Notes: generated by a model not told the origin, from the sequence alone. Counted from the stretch's first letter, positions 43,488 through 55,001 are shown. The stretch: 64,000 nt of DNA from an uncultured archaeon (GCA_963782915.1 CAWALK010000019.1:1-64000), one strand, 5' to 3'. Program-made: numbers and translations.

Positions 43488-45201
43488 TCACTGTTTCTTT
43501 GTCAGTTTCTTGTCGGCTAACATTTGGAAATGCAGTTCAAACGCTGCCGCTGGATTTTCAAGCTTCCATGCCTCCAACACAGCAGGATTAATTTCACCCA
43601 CATAGCCTACGCAGATACCGTCAACTTGGATTGCGCCGACTCTGCCCTCCATAAAACTCGGGTGGCTGGTTTCTTTTATCATCCATTCTACACCGAAGTT
43701 AGCCATAAACGAATCCAGAGCAGATTTGATTTCGCTAAAGTTCGCGTTGGGGTGAGTTGTGACTGCTGATAGCCAGTTCTCGTCCCTTGTTCTTGTCTCT
43801 GCTAAAGCATCAGGTAATGTAACTTTGCCCAATTCAAAGATTTTCTGTGGGAACTCGACGGATTGGTTAACGCTTAGGAACTCCATAAGACCTGGAAGTA
43901 GCTGGTTGCGCAGGCAATTCATGGTTATAACTTTGGGGTTTGCGAGCTCCATATAATTTGAGGGTGCAGTGTTCATTTTTTGGAAGAGTACCTCGGGGTT
44001 TGTTAAGGTGGTGTTTAGGACTTCTTGGTAGCCCAGCCCAATCATGAGGTCGCGTGCGGTGTTGATGAGTTGCTGATCAGGTTTTGCTTTGCCAGTGGTT
44101 GGTAGTTCTCGCCAGAGCGGTTTGATGTTGTTGTAGCCGTATGCGACAGCGACATCTTCGATTATGTCAACTTGATGCATAACATCTACGCGGTAACATG
44201 GAACCAGCACAGTTAGGCAGTCCACAGCTATATTCTCGACATCGAAACCTGCGGTGCCAAGCAAATCTGCAATCTCCGCTGCAGACAAGTTTAAGCCCAA
44301 CAGCTTGTTCGTCTCCGCTATGCCTAGTTTGTAGGTTCGGTTGCTAAAGTCGGGGGTAACAACGTTTCCCTGAGCGTATTGCGAGCCTGCTGGGTAACGG
44401 ACGGTTGTAGTGTAGGCTTTGCCTCCACGGTCAATCAATGCCAACGTGACAAGATTCAACGTATTGAGCACCGTCTGGTAAAGTGTGCCTGTGACTTCAA
44501 CAAGCAAGTTAACTGATTCCTCGGTGATTTTGCCCAAGTCATTAGAGTTTATGATTGGAGGGAACGAGAGTACTTTGCCTTCGCTGTCAAACAACATTGG
44601 GTAAAGCGGATTCTTCTTGACTATGTGACCGTACTCTTGGCCTTTGGGGTGCTTCTCCAAAACCTCGTTTAAGTTCCATTTTTTCAGTGAACCCTAACGG
44701 TATGAAACTAACCTCAGAAGGCTTAACAGCTGTATAGACTATCGGCGGCTTAATCAAATCCAAATTATAGATGCCGATGCTTGTCTTTTGGCGGCTTCTG
44801 CCGTTAGTCTGGTCAAGTTTCTCCTGCAAATGCATAATGCCCTTAATTGTCTCATCCGAGAGGTGAATACCTTTGATGACGCTACAGCAGATGAAGGAGC
44901 GGATACCAAAAATTTTAGCGTCAACATTTACTTCGACTTCTGATTTGCCTATTGAATATGGTTTGATGCCTTTCTCTTGGCCTAAATAACCTCTAAGCGC
45001 ACGGCTTAAGCCTTCGATGCTCCAGAGGTCAGGACGGTTAGTATCCTTGAATTCGACGGTGACAGCGTTCTCTTTCTCGTCGAAGCCTTTGACTTCCGCT
45101 TTAACGTATGAGAGTATGTCGTCGAGTTTCTCCATGTCGCCGTTAAGGTTGACTTTTAGGAGACGCTGAAGTTCTGTATAGTCTATGTCGATTGTGGGCA
45201 T
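43488..45201 (-). CDS. pheT: Phenylalanine-tRNA ligase beta subunit (frameshift near 44670)
   Basis: MPTI, DTNRPDLWS.EG, SFPPIINS, YRVDVMHQVDIIEDVA. Confidence 0.96.
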
Positions 45202-45202
45202 T

Positions 45203-46735
45203 TTAGGTCACCTGTTTTTTGCGTAGCCAATCAAGGTCTTGGCTAAAAATTTGGCGGATATCGCTCAATCCTGATTTCATCATAAATAATCGGTCAACGC
45301 CTAGTCCCCAAGCGATTACTGGAGCTTTAACGCCAAGAGGCATTGTTACTTCGGGGCGGAATATTCCAGAGCCGCCGAACTCTATCCAGCCATAACCCTC
45401 CTTGTAAGCGCTTAATTCCACGCTGGGTTCGGTGAATGGGAAATAGTCTGGTTTAAAGCGAACTTTTTCAGCACCAGCGATTTCCATGGCGAATTTGCCC
45501 AGAACGCCCAATAGGTCGCGTAGAGTTAAGTTTTCATCGAGTATGATGCCTTCAACTTGGTTGAATTCACTTAGGTGTGTGCGGTCGGTGATTTCGGGTC
45601 GGTAGACGCGGGCGATGCCGAAGTGGCGGCTAGGTACATTATATTTGCCGTTCTCCATCGTTCTTGCGCTTAAGCATGTGCCTTGGCTGCGGAGAATGAG
45701 TCGCTGTGCTGCTTCAAGGGTGTACTTGGTTCCCCATCCTGTGGAACCCGTTATCCAGCCGTTCTCATGCGTTTGTTTAACCTGCTCTACAGCCTTAGCG
45801 TGGCTTTCTAATTCACCAAATTTGGGTTCTTTAATGTAGAAGACGTCAGTGGGTTCACGTGCTGGATGGTCTTGTGGCTCGTTTAGGGCATCGAAGTTAA
45901 AGAAGCTGGTTTCAACCTGTGTGCCAGTCATTTCTTGGAAGCCTAATTGCACGAGTTTTGCTCGGACGTCATCGAGGAAGCTTAGGTAGGGGTGCTTCTT
46001 GCCAGGCCAAGTTTTAGCGACTGCCGCTTCTATGTTGTACTTTTGGAATTTGGTTTCACGCCATTTTCCCGTGATTATCAGTTCGGGGGTAAGTTTGGTT
46101 ACTTCAGGCACTGATACGGTGGCTTCTGAGGCGGCTTTTTTGCCTTCCTCATTGATTCGCAGTACACGGGTGGTTTTAGGTTCGATGGTTACAAGTTTGC
46201 GTTTCTTAAGCTGTTCCGCCGCATCTTTGAGTTCAGGGCTTAAGTCATCCTGCGCTGCTTGCTCTTTTTCGCCAAGATACTTGAGCAGGGTTTCGTCGCA
46301 GCCCTGCGGAACCGCCATTTGATGCAACAGGGCATCGTTGAGGGTTAAAGTGTTTGTTTTTGAATCGTAAAGTGCCCATTTTTTGCGGATAACCCAGCCC
46401 TGAGCTATCTGAATGAACTGTTGCTCGAGCCCTGCTTGTTGGGCTGCTTTGTGCAGGTCTGCACTGCCGCCGAGTTCCGATACAGCTTGGATTAGTTTGC
46501 GTTCAGGCAAACTGCTCTGCGCATAGGTTTTGCCTTCCGCGGTGAGTTTGATTATGTTCTGTGTTGCTGCTTGTATGGTTAAGAGGTTTTTTTCTTGCAG
46601 GGTTAGTGCGGAGCGCATGACTGCTGAATCTGGGAAACCGCATGTTTCGACGAGTTTTTCTACGCTGGCGCTTGTGAGTTTGTCTAGGGCAGAGAGGAGC
46701 TGTTGTTCTTGCAGTCTTAGTTCAACCATATGCAT
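45203..46735 (-). CDS. pheS: Phenylalanine-tRNA ligase alpha subunit
   Basis: FNFDAL..PQDHPAR, THLSEFNQVEG, YFPFTEPS, AWGLGVDRL. Confidence 0.97.
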   Translation of the reverse strand: MHMVELRLQEQQLLSALDKLTSASVEKLVETCGFPDSAVMRSALTLQEKNLLTIQAATQNIIKLTAEGKTYAQSSLPERKLIQAVSELGGSADLHKAAQQAGLEQQFIQIAQGWVIRKKWALYDSKTNTLTLNDALLHQMAVPQGCDETLLKYLGEKEQAAQDDLSPELKDAAEQLKKRKLVTIEPKTTRVLRINEEGKKAASEATVSVPEVTKLTPELIITGKWRETKFQKYNIEAAVAKTWPGKKHPYLSFLDDVRAKLVQLGFQEMTGTQVETSFFNFDALNEPQDHPAREPTDVFYIKEPKFGELESHAKAVEQVKQTHENGWITGSTGWGTKYTLEAAQRLILRSQGTCLSARTMENGKYNVPSRHFGIARVYRPEITDRTHLSEFNQVEGIILDENLTLRDLLGVLGKFAMEIAGAEKVRFKPDYFPFTEPSVELSAYKEGYGWIEFGGSGIFRPEVTMPLGVKAPVIAWGLGVDRLFMMKSGLSDIRQIFSQDLDWLRKKQVT

Positions 46736-46940
46736 GCAACCTATCTATGCTACGTTAAACAGTAGTTCTTACCGCGATAAATAAAAGCATGCTGATTTAT
46801 GCCCAACCTAATCAGTTACTCAGTTTCTGAATGACTTGTTGTCCCTAACTATCCGCACACATCGTTTTATAAAAAAGCGGTACTTTTAAGGGTTAAGCGG
46901 CTAGAAGTTAGGGTTAACCGAAGGTGGATCAAAGAAAAAC

Positions 46941-48693
46941 TTGAATCTTTACGCTCTCCTATCCCTATGTGCAAGCGCCATCTCCATTGTCCTAGGGTTA
47001 AGCGTATATTTCCTCAACCGCAAATCCGGCATAAACAGGCTTTTCATGGTTACGATGTTTTTTAATGCATATTGGGCGTTCTGTACCTTCGGCAAAACCC
47101 AAGCTGACTCATTAGACACAGCGTTTCTATGGTCAAAAGCGTTGTCGTTTCTGGCCTTTTTTGGTACCGCTAATGCTTCATTTCACCCTTGCCTTTACTG
47201 AAAGTGACTTGCTGAAGAAAAAACTCATCTATGTTGCTTTGTACCTGCCCGCTCTGTTGTTTTCAGTGCTTGATTTGACCACTAATTGGATTTCAGGCAC
47301 AGTGGTGCTGATGCCTTGGGGTTACATAACCCTTCTACCGTTGAACTCGATGGCGGCTAACATCGGTGGTGTTTGGTCAGCTATTCTTGGGCTTTTAATA
47401 GTCTTCTTTTATATTCAGTACTATAAGCGGGTTGGTGATAAAACAAAGAAGCAACAGACCAAATTTGTTGCCTTCGGCTTCATGGTACCAATCCTGTTAT
47501 CCTTGGTAACGGATTCTATTTTTCCGGCAATGAACGTTGATTTCCCAGGTTTAGGCAGCATCTCTGGGAGCATAACAAGCGTTTTTGTAGTATACGCAAT
47601 GCTTAGGTATAACTTGTTTAGTTTTAGGCCTGAAATCGCAGCTGAAAATATTTTCTCGACTATGCCGGATTCCGTTCTCCTTTTGAATCTTCAAGGAAAA
47701 ATAATGAAGGTTAACAGGTCATTTGTTGAATTGACTGGTTACAGCGAGGAAGAAGTTGTTGGCCAATCAATCGGAAAAATGTTGCAGAAGGCAAAGGTAC
47801 TAAACCAGCAGAATGCAACGCCGGAGGTTCTGGTTAGCCTACGCAAACTAAGGGAAATCAAGAATTATGAAATATCATTCTTCACAAAAACCGGTGAAAA
47901 AAGAGTTGGAACTCTTTCTTGCTCGATAGTATGTGATAATGGGGACCGAGATGTTGGGGCAGCCTTTGTTTTGCATGATATAACTGAAAGAAAAGCCATG
48001 GAGCAGAAACTGCTCAGAACTGAACGGTTCGCTTCCATCGGCGAATTAGCGGGTATGGTAGGGCATGATTTACGCAATCCGCTCTCAGGTATTCGGGGGG
48101 CATCATTCTATTTGAAACGTAAATACGCCAACACTTTGGATGATGAAGATCTATTAATGTTTGAATGCATCGATAAAGGCATCAATTACTCCAACAAAAT
48201 AATCAATGACTTACTAGATTACTCAGGAGAAATAACATTAGAATTAGCACCTACAACTCCCAAGACACTCATAAAAGATTCACTTGCTATAGTTGTACAA
48301 CCAGACAATGTTTCCATTATAAATGATGTAACCGATTATCCCGAGCTTTATGTTGATGCTCAGCGAATCACTCGAGGATTTGCAGGGCTAATAAAAAATG
48401 CCTACGATGCTATGCCCGAAGGAGGCGATTTAACAGTCAAATGCACTGTTAATGGTGACTCAATTGTTTTCATGTTTAAAGATACAGGTTTGGGCATGAC
48501 TAAAGAGGTATTAGGTAAACTTTGGACGCCATTGTTTACCACTAAAGCAAAGGGTATGGGTTTCGGGTTACCTATCTGCAAAAGATACGTTGAGGCTCAT
48601 GGCGGTAAAATTTCTGTTGAGAGTGCACCTAACGTGGGTACTGTGGTGAGTGTGGAGTTGCCGCTTCATTTTGATAGGGCAAATCAGAAATAG
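46941..48693 (+). CDS. Sensor histidine kinase: 7TM input, PAS, HisKA, HATPase (frameshift near 47160)
   Basis: HDLRNPL, KNAYDAM, DTG.GM, FTTK.KGMGFGL. Confidence 0.92.
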
Positions 48694-48725
48694 TTGCGGC
48701 TTCATAAGCCTATTTGGAGGATGGA

Positions 48726-48896
48726 ATGGCAGAGTATGTTAAGGGAGCTGAACCTGATAGATGGCATTGGATTGCAAGTTGCAAGCAGTATCCCCGGGTT
48801 GTCTTTCGCAAACGCACGAATCGGCCGAGTTCTGACCTCTGTGATAGCTGTTTAGACCTTGAAAAGTTGACGCTTCCTAGGGCAGCGGCAGCATAG
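48726..48896 (+). CDS. Small Cys/His protein, putative metal-binding
   Basis: GGAGG SD; WHWIASCKQYP..RP..LCDSC. Confidence 0.6.
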   Translation: MAEYVKGAEPDRWHWIASCKQYPRVVFRKRTNRPSSDLCDSCLDLEKLTLPRAAAA

Positions 48897-49125
48897 TTTT
48901 CCCTTAAAAGAAGTTGCGAAGTAAGATTAACTAGCTGATGCCTTATTTTTAGCGGTTTATTTTGATTTGCCGGCTTTTCTGGCGCAGGCATCGCTGCAGT
49001 ACTTTGATTTAGCGTTGAATGTGGTGTAGGATTTTTTGCATACGGGACATTTCTTTTCCAAACAATTCACCTTCCTATTGCCATTACATGCATGTTATCT
49101 ATGTAAAAGGTTTTTGCAAAACCAC

Positions 49126-49908
49126 CTACGCCACAATCAAAGCGTGCCCAATTAATATTGCAGCATATAGCAACGCGCCAATTAGGAAGAATGCTAGGCT
49201 GCTTCTGCGCAAACTGGTGGGGAGTTCGTTGCGGATTGAGTGGTAGAGTATGACTCCTGAAATAAACGCTAAAAGCACGTATGCTTGCGCGATGGTTTCA
49301 GGTATAAGCAATGAAGCTATCCAGCCGATAATAGGAACTGCCGCCAATACGTAGCGTCCGAGTTTGGCTTGGTAACTTTGGTACTGTTCAAGCATGGTTT
49401 CGCTGGATATGAATAGATGCATGGAGACTGCGACGCCATAAAGAGTAGCTGCTATAATGCCTGTTTCGAATTCAAAGATGAAAACGAAGCTTAACACGAA
49501 ATTCAAGAAAAGCTAATGTGAGGAGATGTATCAGAAAAATGCGTTTGGAAGCTTGGGTTTGTTTTAAATCCATGCCGTCTGTTTGACGTCGGGTTCTATA
49601 GGATTTAACGGTGATATGTTCCAAAGAAAAGAAAAGTAAAAACCCGATTAAAACTACAAGAAAGATGGAGTCTTCATAGAGTTGGATAAATTGGTTGTCG
49701 GCTCCTAGTTGCTTTAGGTATAAGTCGGAGTATTGGAGGCTGGGCAATAAGTCCAAGAAGACATATGTGGCTGTAACTCCGCCAAAGAAGGAGAGGATTT
49801 TGAGTTTTTTTTGCCCATGTAGTTTGAGATTTTTATGATATAGAGGTTTATAGCGGCGAATATGGTTACACCGATTAGTGAGATAACTGCCGCTTCTATT
49901 GTTGACAA
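49126..49908 (-). CDS. ZIP-like metal transporter membrane protein (two frameshifts)
   Basis: YVF.DLLP, FF.LEH, A.SMHLF, AFISGVILY..IRNELP. Confidence 0.65.
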
Positions 49909-49964
49909 AAGATTTACCTCTATATTGCCGCTTCGAAAGGGGGTTTAGAGACTAAGAAATGGGG

Positions 49965-50216
49965 TTATGCGGCTGTTTTAGGTTTGATGACTAAGCTTAG
50001 TTTTAGGGCGAATTCGTAATCGTCATGATCTTTGCCCACTGTAACGTTGAAGCCTTCTAAGCTTACTTTCATGGGTTCGCCCTCACTTGACATTTCCCGA
50101 ATGCTATCCACGAAACCGCGGACTTTACCGATGATTTCGTTAATGTCCAAGCTTGTGCTTTCTGTGCTTGTTGCGCCCGGTTGTGCTTTGCGCACTTCAA
50201 TTTCGACCACTATCAA
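49965..50216 (-). CDS. Hypothetical 83-aa protein
   Basis: GGAGGTG SD; helix plus beta-hairpin pattern. Confidence 0.6.
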   Translation of the reverse strand: MIVVEIEVRKAQPGATSTESTSLDINEIIGKVRGFVDSIREMSSEGEPMKVSLEGFNVTVGKDHDDYEFALKLSLVIKPKTAA

Positions 50217-50373
50217 TTCACCTCCAAAAAAGCCATCAGAAAGGTCATGCGGCTAACAGTTTAAAGGTGTGTGACTGCACCTCGGTATACACAATGCTTT
50301 GTTTAGAAACCATGCGGCCCCTCAACTGGTCCGTTTTATGGATTTTTCAGAAGAAGTCATGATTTGGGGGTTG

Positions 50374-50430
50374 TCTTTTTCTATAGTTGTTGTTGCAGAA
50401 AAGCGCTTTTACACAACAAAACCCCAGCGG
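50374..50430 (-). repeat. Dispersed repeat type B
   Basis: Reverse complement CCGCTGGGGTTTTGTTGTGTAAAAGCGCTTTTCTGCAACAACAACTATAGAAAAA. Confidence 0.65.
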
Positions 50431-50470
50431 AACCGATAACTGCATTGAAAACCCCACGGCAACACTGAAT

Positions 50471-51283
50471 TTAATGTGCACTACCTTTCTGCAGGATATT
50501 AATGGCTAAACGTAAAAGTTCCTCTTTAGATTCAAAAGACACCTGCTCAAGTTGACCGATATCGAGCACTTCCCCACCCAAATCAACCCTGATTTTTCTG
50601 CCCATGCTTCGGTGCCTAAAAAACACAAACGTCTTATTGGATTGTTTTCTAGCCAAGGCTAATTCTTTGACGACTTCGGAGGATAAATCAAACCCAGGGG
50701 TCATAATAATAATGAAATATTTGCTTTCAGTCAACGCTTTGTCACGAAATCCCGACCAGCATTTTTCCGAATCAACCGCCAGAGGAATATCCTTGCAATC
50801 TTCAAACGTATGCAACCCAACCTCTTCCAACCCAGCTTTTAGGTGGTCTGCGTAGTCTTTGCCTGAGCTTTTTTTGTAGCATAGGAACACTTCAAAGGGT
50901 TTGCTTTCTTCTTTGGAGGAGATTTGAGGCGTCAATGGCGGGGTTTGGGTGCTTTTGGAGGTGTAAACATGCGGGATACCCTGCGGCTCTGCTTTCCTTC
51001 TTTGTTTCCTAAAATATATCAAAATCAGTAGCGCTGCGATTAGGGCAATTGCAACGACTGTTATCGCGATTAGAAGTGTTGTGATTGTTTGGTTGTTGTT
51101 AGGTGCGGGGGTTGCTGTCTGGGGGGTTGTTGGCATCACCGTTGGCATCATTTGGGCTTGTGCAAAGTTAGCGTTAGAACTCGCAAACAGGTAAACCCCC
51201 GTAAAAAGCAATGCCCAAGCAAAGCTAAGAGCTATAACAAGAAGAAATCGGCTTTTTTGCACAAAAATGGATTCTTTTGCCAA
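50471..51283 (-). CDS. Membrane-anchored TIR-domain protein
   Basis: Two hydrophobic segments, then FEVFLCY, L..VGLHTF.D, SKYFIIIMTPGF..S.EV.KEL. Confidence 0.8.
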   Translation of the reverse strand: MAKESIFVQKSRFLLVIALSFAWALLFTGVYLFASSNANFAQAQMMPTVMPTTPQTATPAPNNNQTITTLLIAITVVAIALIAALLILIYFRKQRRKAEPQGIPHVYTSKSTQTPPLTPQISSKEESKPFEVFLCYKKSSGKDYADHLKAGLEEVGLHTFEDCKDIPLAVDSEKCWSGFRDKALTESKYFIIIMTPGFDLSSEVVKELALARKQSNKTFVFFRHRSMGRKIRVDLGGEVLDIGQLEQVSFESKEELLRLAINILQKGSAH

Positions 51284-51453
51284 AAATTAAACGTTGCTAT
51301 CTCCCTGTTTCCCTTTTTTAGTAGTAGATAATGGCAAGGGCGGCATTATTCATCTTCTTCCAGCGGACTTAGCTAAAGCGCCTGTTTTATGGTCTGCATT
51401 TGGGTTGAGTTACAGGCTTGTTGTAGCGTAATCCTCAAGCTCCACAGCGGCTT

Positions 51454-51981
51454 CTATGTCAACTGCAGCGCCATCTCCAACATATCCCCCTCAGACGACT
51501 TAACAATCAACCCCATCTTTTTGGCGAGCCCAATCATCTTTGGATTGTCGCTTGATACGAAACAATGGATTTCTTCAAGCCCATAATCCCGCGCAATCAC
51601 TATGAGGTGACTCAACAGCTCCGCACCCAATCCCAAACCCTGCCAAGCATCAGCTATGGTAAGGGCAAACTCACCTCGCCGCCTATCAAGATCAAGGACT
51701 AAGCGTGCAACCGCAATAATCATGCCGTCGCTTTGGGGCAATGCAACTATAGCCATTTCTTGGCTGTAATCCAAATTGCAGAATCTCTCCAAGGATTCAT
51801 TGGGCAACTCTTTTATGATTTCAAAGAACCTGAAATGCACGGTTGCCGCTGAAAGAGACCCAAAAAACTCCTTAAACCGCTCCTTATCTGTGCACTCGAT
51901 GGGTCTAAAGACAACGCTAACCCCATTGCGTAATCTGTGCTGGGAAGTGTACTTTTGCCTTGCAGAGTCCGCACTCAACAA
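51454..51981 (-). CDS. GNAT acetyltransferase (Pat/acyl-CoA synthetase C-terminal type)
   Basis: RPI...D, RFF, DYSQEMAIVA, EFAL.I.DAWQGLGLG, N..M..L..K.G. Confidence 0.88.
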   Translation of the reverse strand: MLSADSARQKYTSQHRLRNGVSVVFRPIECTDKERFKEFFGSLSAATVHFRFFEIIKELPNESLERFCNLDYSQEMAIVALPQSDGMIIAVARLVLDLDRRRGEFALTIADAWQGLGLGAELLSHLIVIARDYGLEEIHCFVSSDNPKMIGLAKKMGLIVKSSEGDMLEMALQLT

Positions 51982-52005
51982 AACAGCGCATACTCCCCTC
52001 GAGCT

Positions 52006-52386
52006 TTAGCTTCTGGTCGGTATTGCCTCTAACCTTTGTCGAACAACAGCAAGCAATTCTTCAGCCCTGACTGGTTTAACCAAAAAATCGTCCGCACCAT
52101 AATCAGCAGCCTTAATCCCAACCTGCTCAGAAGAGAAACCCGTGACGACAATTTTAACTGTTTCAGGATTCTCTTTCATTTCCAACAAAAGCTCCGTCCC
52201 ATCCATATCGGGCAACCTTACATCAACCAAGCATAAATCAAACTTTGCGTTTTTAAGATGCATTAATGCTTCTTTGCCTGTCTCCGCTGTTTCCACAATA
52301 TAGCCTGCTTTTTCGAGAAGAGCTCTAAAGCCCCTCAAAATACTCGTATCATCGTCAACTACGAGGATCCGCTTCTTTTCCTCCAT
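52006..52386 (-). CDS. Stand-alone response regulator receiver
   Basis: ILVVDDD, DVRLPDMDG, VTG, KP. Confidence 0.92.
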   Translation of the reverse strand: MEEKKRILVVDDDTSILRGFRALLEKAGYIVETAETGKEALMHLKNAKFDLCLVDVRLPDMDGTELLLEMKENPETVKIVVTGFSSEQVGIKAADYGADDFLVKPVRAEELLAVVRQRLEAIPTRS

Positions 52387-52582
52387 AATTTAACCTCTAA
52401 CCCCAAAAATGGCGATCAATTCTTCGCTTGTTGCCTTGTGTAGTAGTTGGGAACCCAGCGTTGCTACATAACCGCTTCAAAGCTTTGCTAGCCAAGATTA
52501 TCACTGTTTTAATCACGTATAAACGATAGTTATAACCAGAAAACAATCACAAGTATCTGTTCAGGGCGCAAAATTTGTTGCC

Positions 52583-52951
52583 GTGGCTTTGTTGCTTTGA
52601 GGGCCCTATCCCCCCTTATTTATAGGCTCAACAAATGTTGGGTTTTGTGTTTTGGTTGTAAGCATTCATTGGTTAGTGGGTGTGGGGAAGCTGCGTTTGT
52701 TAGGGGGGCTTGTTAGGTTTATAGGCGGCTGTTTTTGGGCTCTGTTGGTTTAGTGTGTTTGGGGTTCTGTTGCTTTGCCAAGACCTCCCTATCCCCTATA
52801 GGGAGCTGCTTTTGCTGCTCTGACGACCTACCCCCTCCCTTATATATAGATTAAACGGTAGGTTCAACCCCTAATTGTGGTTTATCCGATATAATTAAGT
52901 ATCGGATCGGCTTGATTTTGTTGTTATCCGATACGTTTGAATATCGGATAG
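52583..52951 (-). repeat. Composite dispersed repeat: palindrome pair, A1, extra A core, C/A-rich spacer, A2; left boundary of the Fic cassette
   Basis: A2 at 52583-52638, A cores at 52761-52801 and 52809-52849, palindromes at 52882-52909 and 52924-52951. Confidence 0.82.
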
Positions 52952-52967
52952 CCCGCAGATTAATGCA

Positions 52968-53900
52968 ATGACACTACTTGACCTGGCAATCCACAAAAGA
53001 ATACTCACAAAAAAACAGCGCCTAGACACCTACAGACCCCTCTCCAACCAAGCCCTCAAAAAACTCCACGAAACCATGGAAATCACCTACACCTACAACA
53101 CCAACGCCATCGAAGGCAACACCCTCACATTACAAGAAACCCGGCTGGTAATCCGCGAAGGCATCACAATAAAAGGCAAAAGCCTAAGCGAACACCTCGA
53201 AGCCAAAAACCACCCCCAAGCCATCACCTACATCGAAAACATGATAAACAACCCGATGAGGAAAAGAACATCCTTGAATTGCATAGCATACTATTTTCTG
53301 GCTTCTGTGAAGGCGCAGGCAACTACCGAAACGGCCAAGTCTACCTTGAAGGCAGCGACCACATGCCACCGCCAGCATTCGAAGTCCCCCAACTAATACA
53401 GGACCTGCTGGAATGGCTGGAAAAGAACCCTGAAGAACTCCGACACATAGAATCAGCGGCCATCTTTCATCATAAATTTGTGGAAATACATCCATTTGAC
53501 GACGGAAACGGGCGTGTGGGGCGGTTGCTGATGAATCTGCTGCTAATCAAAAACGGGTACCCCCTAACAGTAATCAAGACTCTGGATAGACGCCGATACT
53601 ACGACAGCCTCATAAAAGCAGACAACGGCAACTACAAACCCATCGTAAACTTTGTTGCACGCTGCGTAGAGCAATCCTTAGACATGTACCTGAGCGCTGT
53701 TGAACCAAGCGAACCCAAAACACAAACTGCTCAGCCTAGCCGAAGCATCAAAGCTATCACCCTACAGCCAAGAATACCTAAGTTTACTCGCCCGCAAAGG
53801 ACAAATCGCAGCAATCAAAGTTGGGCGTAACTGGCAAATCAGCCAAAAATCATTAGAAGAATACCAAGTCAGAGTCATCAAAGAACCAATAGTGCAATAA
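52968..53900 (+). CDS. Fic family protein with C-terminal excisionase-like HTH (two frameshifts)
   Basis: YNTNAIEGNTLTL.ET, IHPFDDGNGRVGRLL, LLSLAEA..YSQEYLSLLARKG.I.A.K.GRNW. Confidence 0.92.
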
Positions 53901-53915
53901 CCTCAAAACATAACA

Positions 53916-53936
53916 AAGCCCCCTAACCGGGGGCTT
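53916..53936. terminator. Perfect 8-bp GC hairpin downstream of fic
   Basis: AAGCCCCC-TAACC-GGGGGCTT. Confidence 0.45.
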
Positions 53937-53986
53937 AAACAGCAAGTGTTTTATTCACAACACAACAAATCAAGCCTTGACTAAAA

Positions 53987-54214
53987 TTGGCTACTATCAC
54001 TTACACGGAAAACGCAAAGGAAAGAATGAAAAACAGGCAAATCTCAAAAGCAGAAGTAGAGGAAACCATCCTCCAGCCCGACTTCACCGTCGGATCACGC
54101 CTCGAGCGGTATATAGCCGTAAAGAAGTATGGCGACAAATACCTCAAAGCCATCTGCGAAAAGAGCAACGATAAAATAACGGTAATAACAGTCTACTGGA
54201 CAAGGAGACCCTAA
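53987..54214 (+). CDS. DUF4258 (RelE-like) putative toxin
   Basis: YTENAKERM..R.IS..EVEETI..P..VITVY; the usual His is Asn here. Confidence 0.8.
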   Translation: MATITYTENAKERMKNRQISKAEVEETILQPDFTVGSRLERYIAVKKYGDKYLKAICEKSNDKITVITVYWTRRP

Positions 54215-54219
54215 CGCTT

Positions 54220-54439
54220 ATGGTACAAGTAGAATACGACAAAAAAGCCGACGCCCTCTACATCTGGGTAAGAAAAGCAAAATATGACATAAGCGAAGAA
54301 ATCGCCGAAAACGTCATACTCGACCTCGACAAGGCCGGGCGAATCATAGGGATTGAAGTTTTAGACGCCTCAAAAAATATGGGGCAAGAACTAATAAACT
54401 AAAATACTCAACACAGAAAAGATAGAAGCAACAGCATAA
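54220..54439 (+). CDS. DUF2283 putative antitoxin (C-terminus possibly frameshifted)
   Basis: YDKKADALYI..VILDLD..G.IIGIEVLDAS. Confidence 0.88.
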
Positions 54440-54588
54440 AAACGCCCTTGCCACCCAAAACTTTTGTCACTTTCTAAAAAGTGGATATCATACCAGTTGG
54501 CCGCCTATTCGCTATTGGAATCAATCGCTTATTTCATCTTAGAATATCTACATATATCCCTTCTTGACCATCCATTTCCAAGGATTTA

Positions 54589-55001
54589 TTATTCAGTTTT
54601 ATTTGATTGAAGAATTCGGGCGTATGCAATATCGCCAAGTACTGTTAAGTGCTTATCTTTTATCAAACCTAATTCCTCAAGACTTTTAATAACCTCTGGA
54701 TTATCTATTGGCTGTTTTTTTGTTATTTTCATAAATGCCTCCAATAATTTAGGGTTCTCACTTACTAGTCTATACGGTCTGCCTGCCATACTTCTAACGA
54801 AAAGTGGGTACACAGTTAAGGGATTTTCTTTAAATGCATCGTCAATTCCACTTAATCCGTTGGGAACGACAAGCTTTTCGAAGTTAATATCGTATGCACC
54901 GCGGAAGGCTGATTGCCAAGCATCAACCCAATGTTAACGCCTATACTCAAAGCTAAAGCAACAAGCAAAACAACAATCAACCCAATCCAAAGCCTGCGCA
55001 T
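54589..55001 (-). pseudogene. Chimeric or truncated hypothetical gene: TM N-terminus joined out of frame to an AT-rich C-terminal fragment
   Basis: MRRLWIGLIVVLLVALALS.. from 55001 stops near 54852; a second frame is open from about 54900 to 54589. Confidence 0.4.

Noticed and set aside
52882-52951. Palindrome pairs as a mini-CRISPR
   Set aside because: Only two units per locus, gaps of 13-14 bp are too short for spacers, and there is no leader or cas gene.
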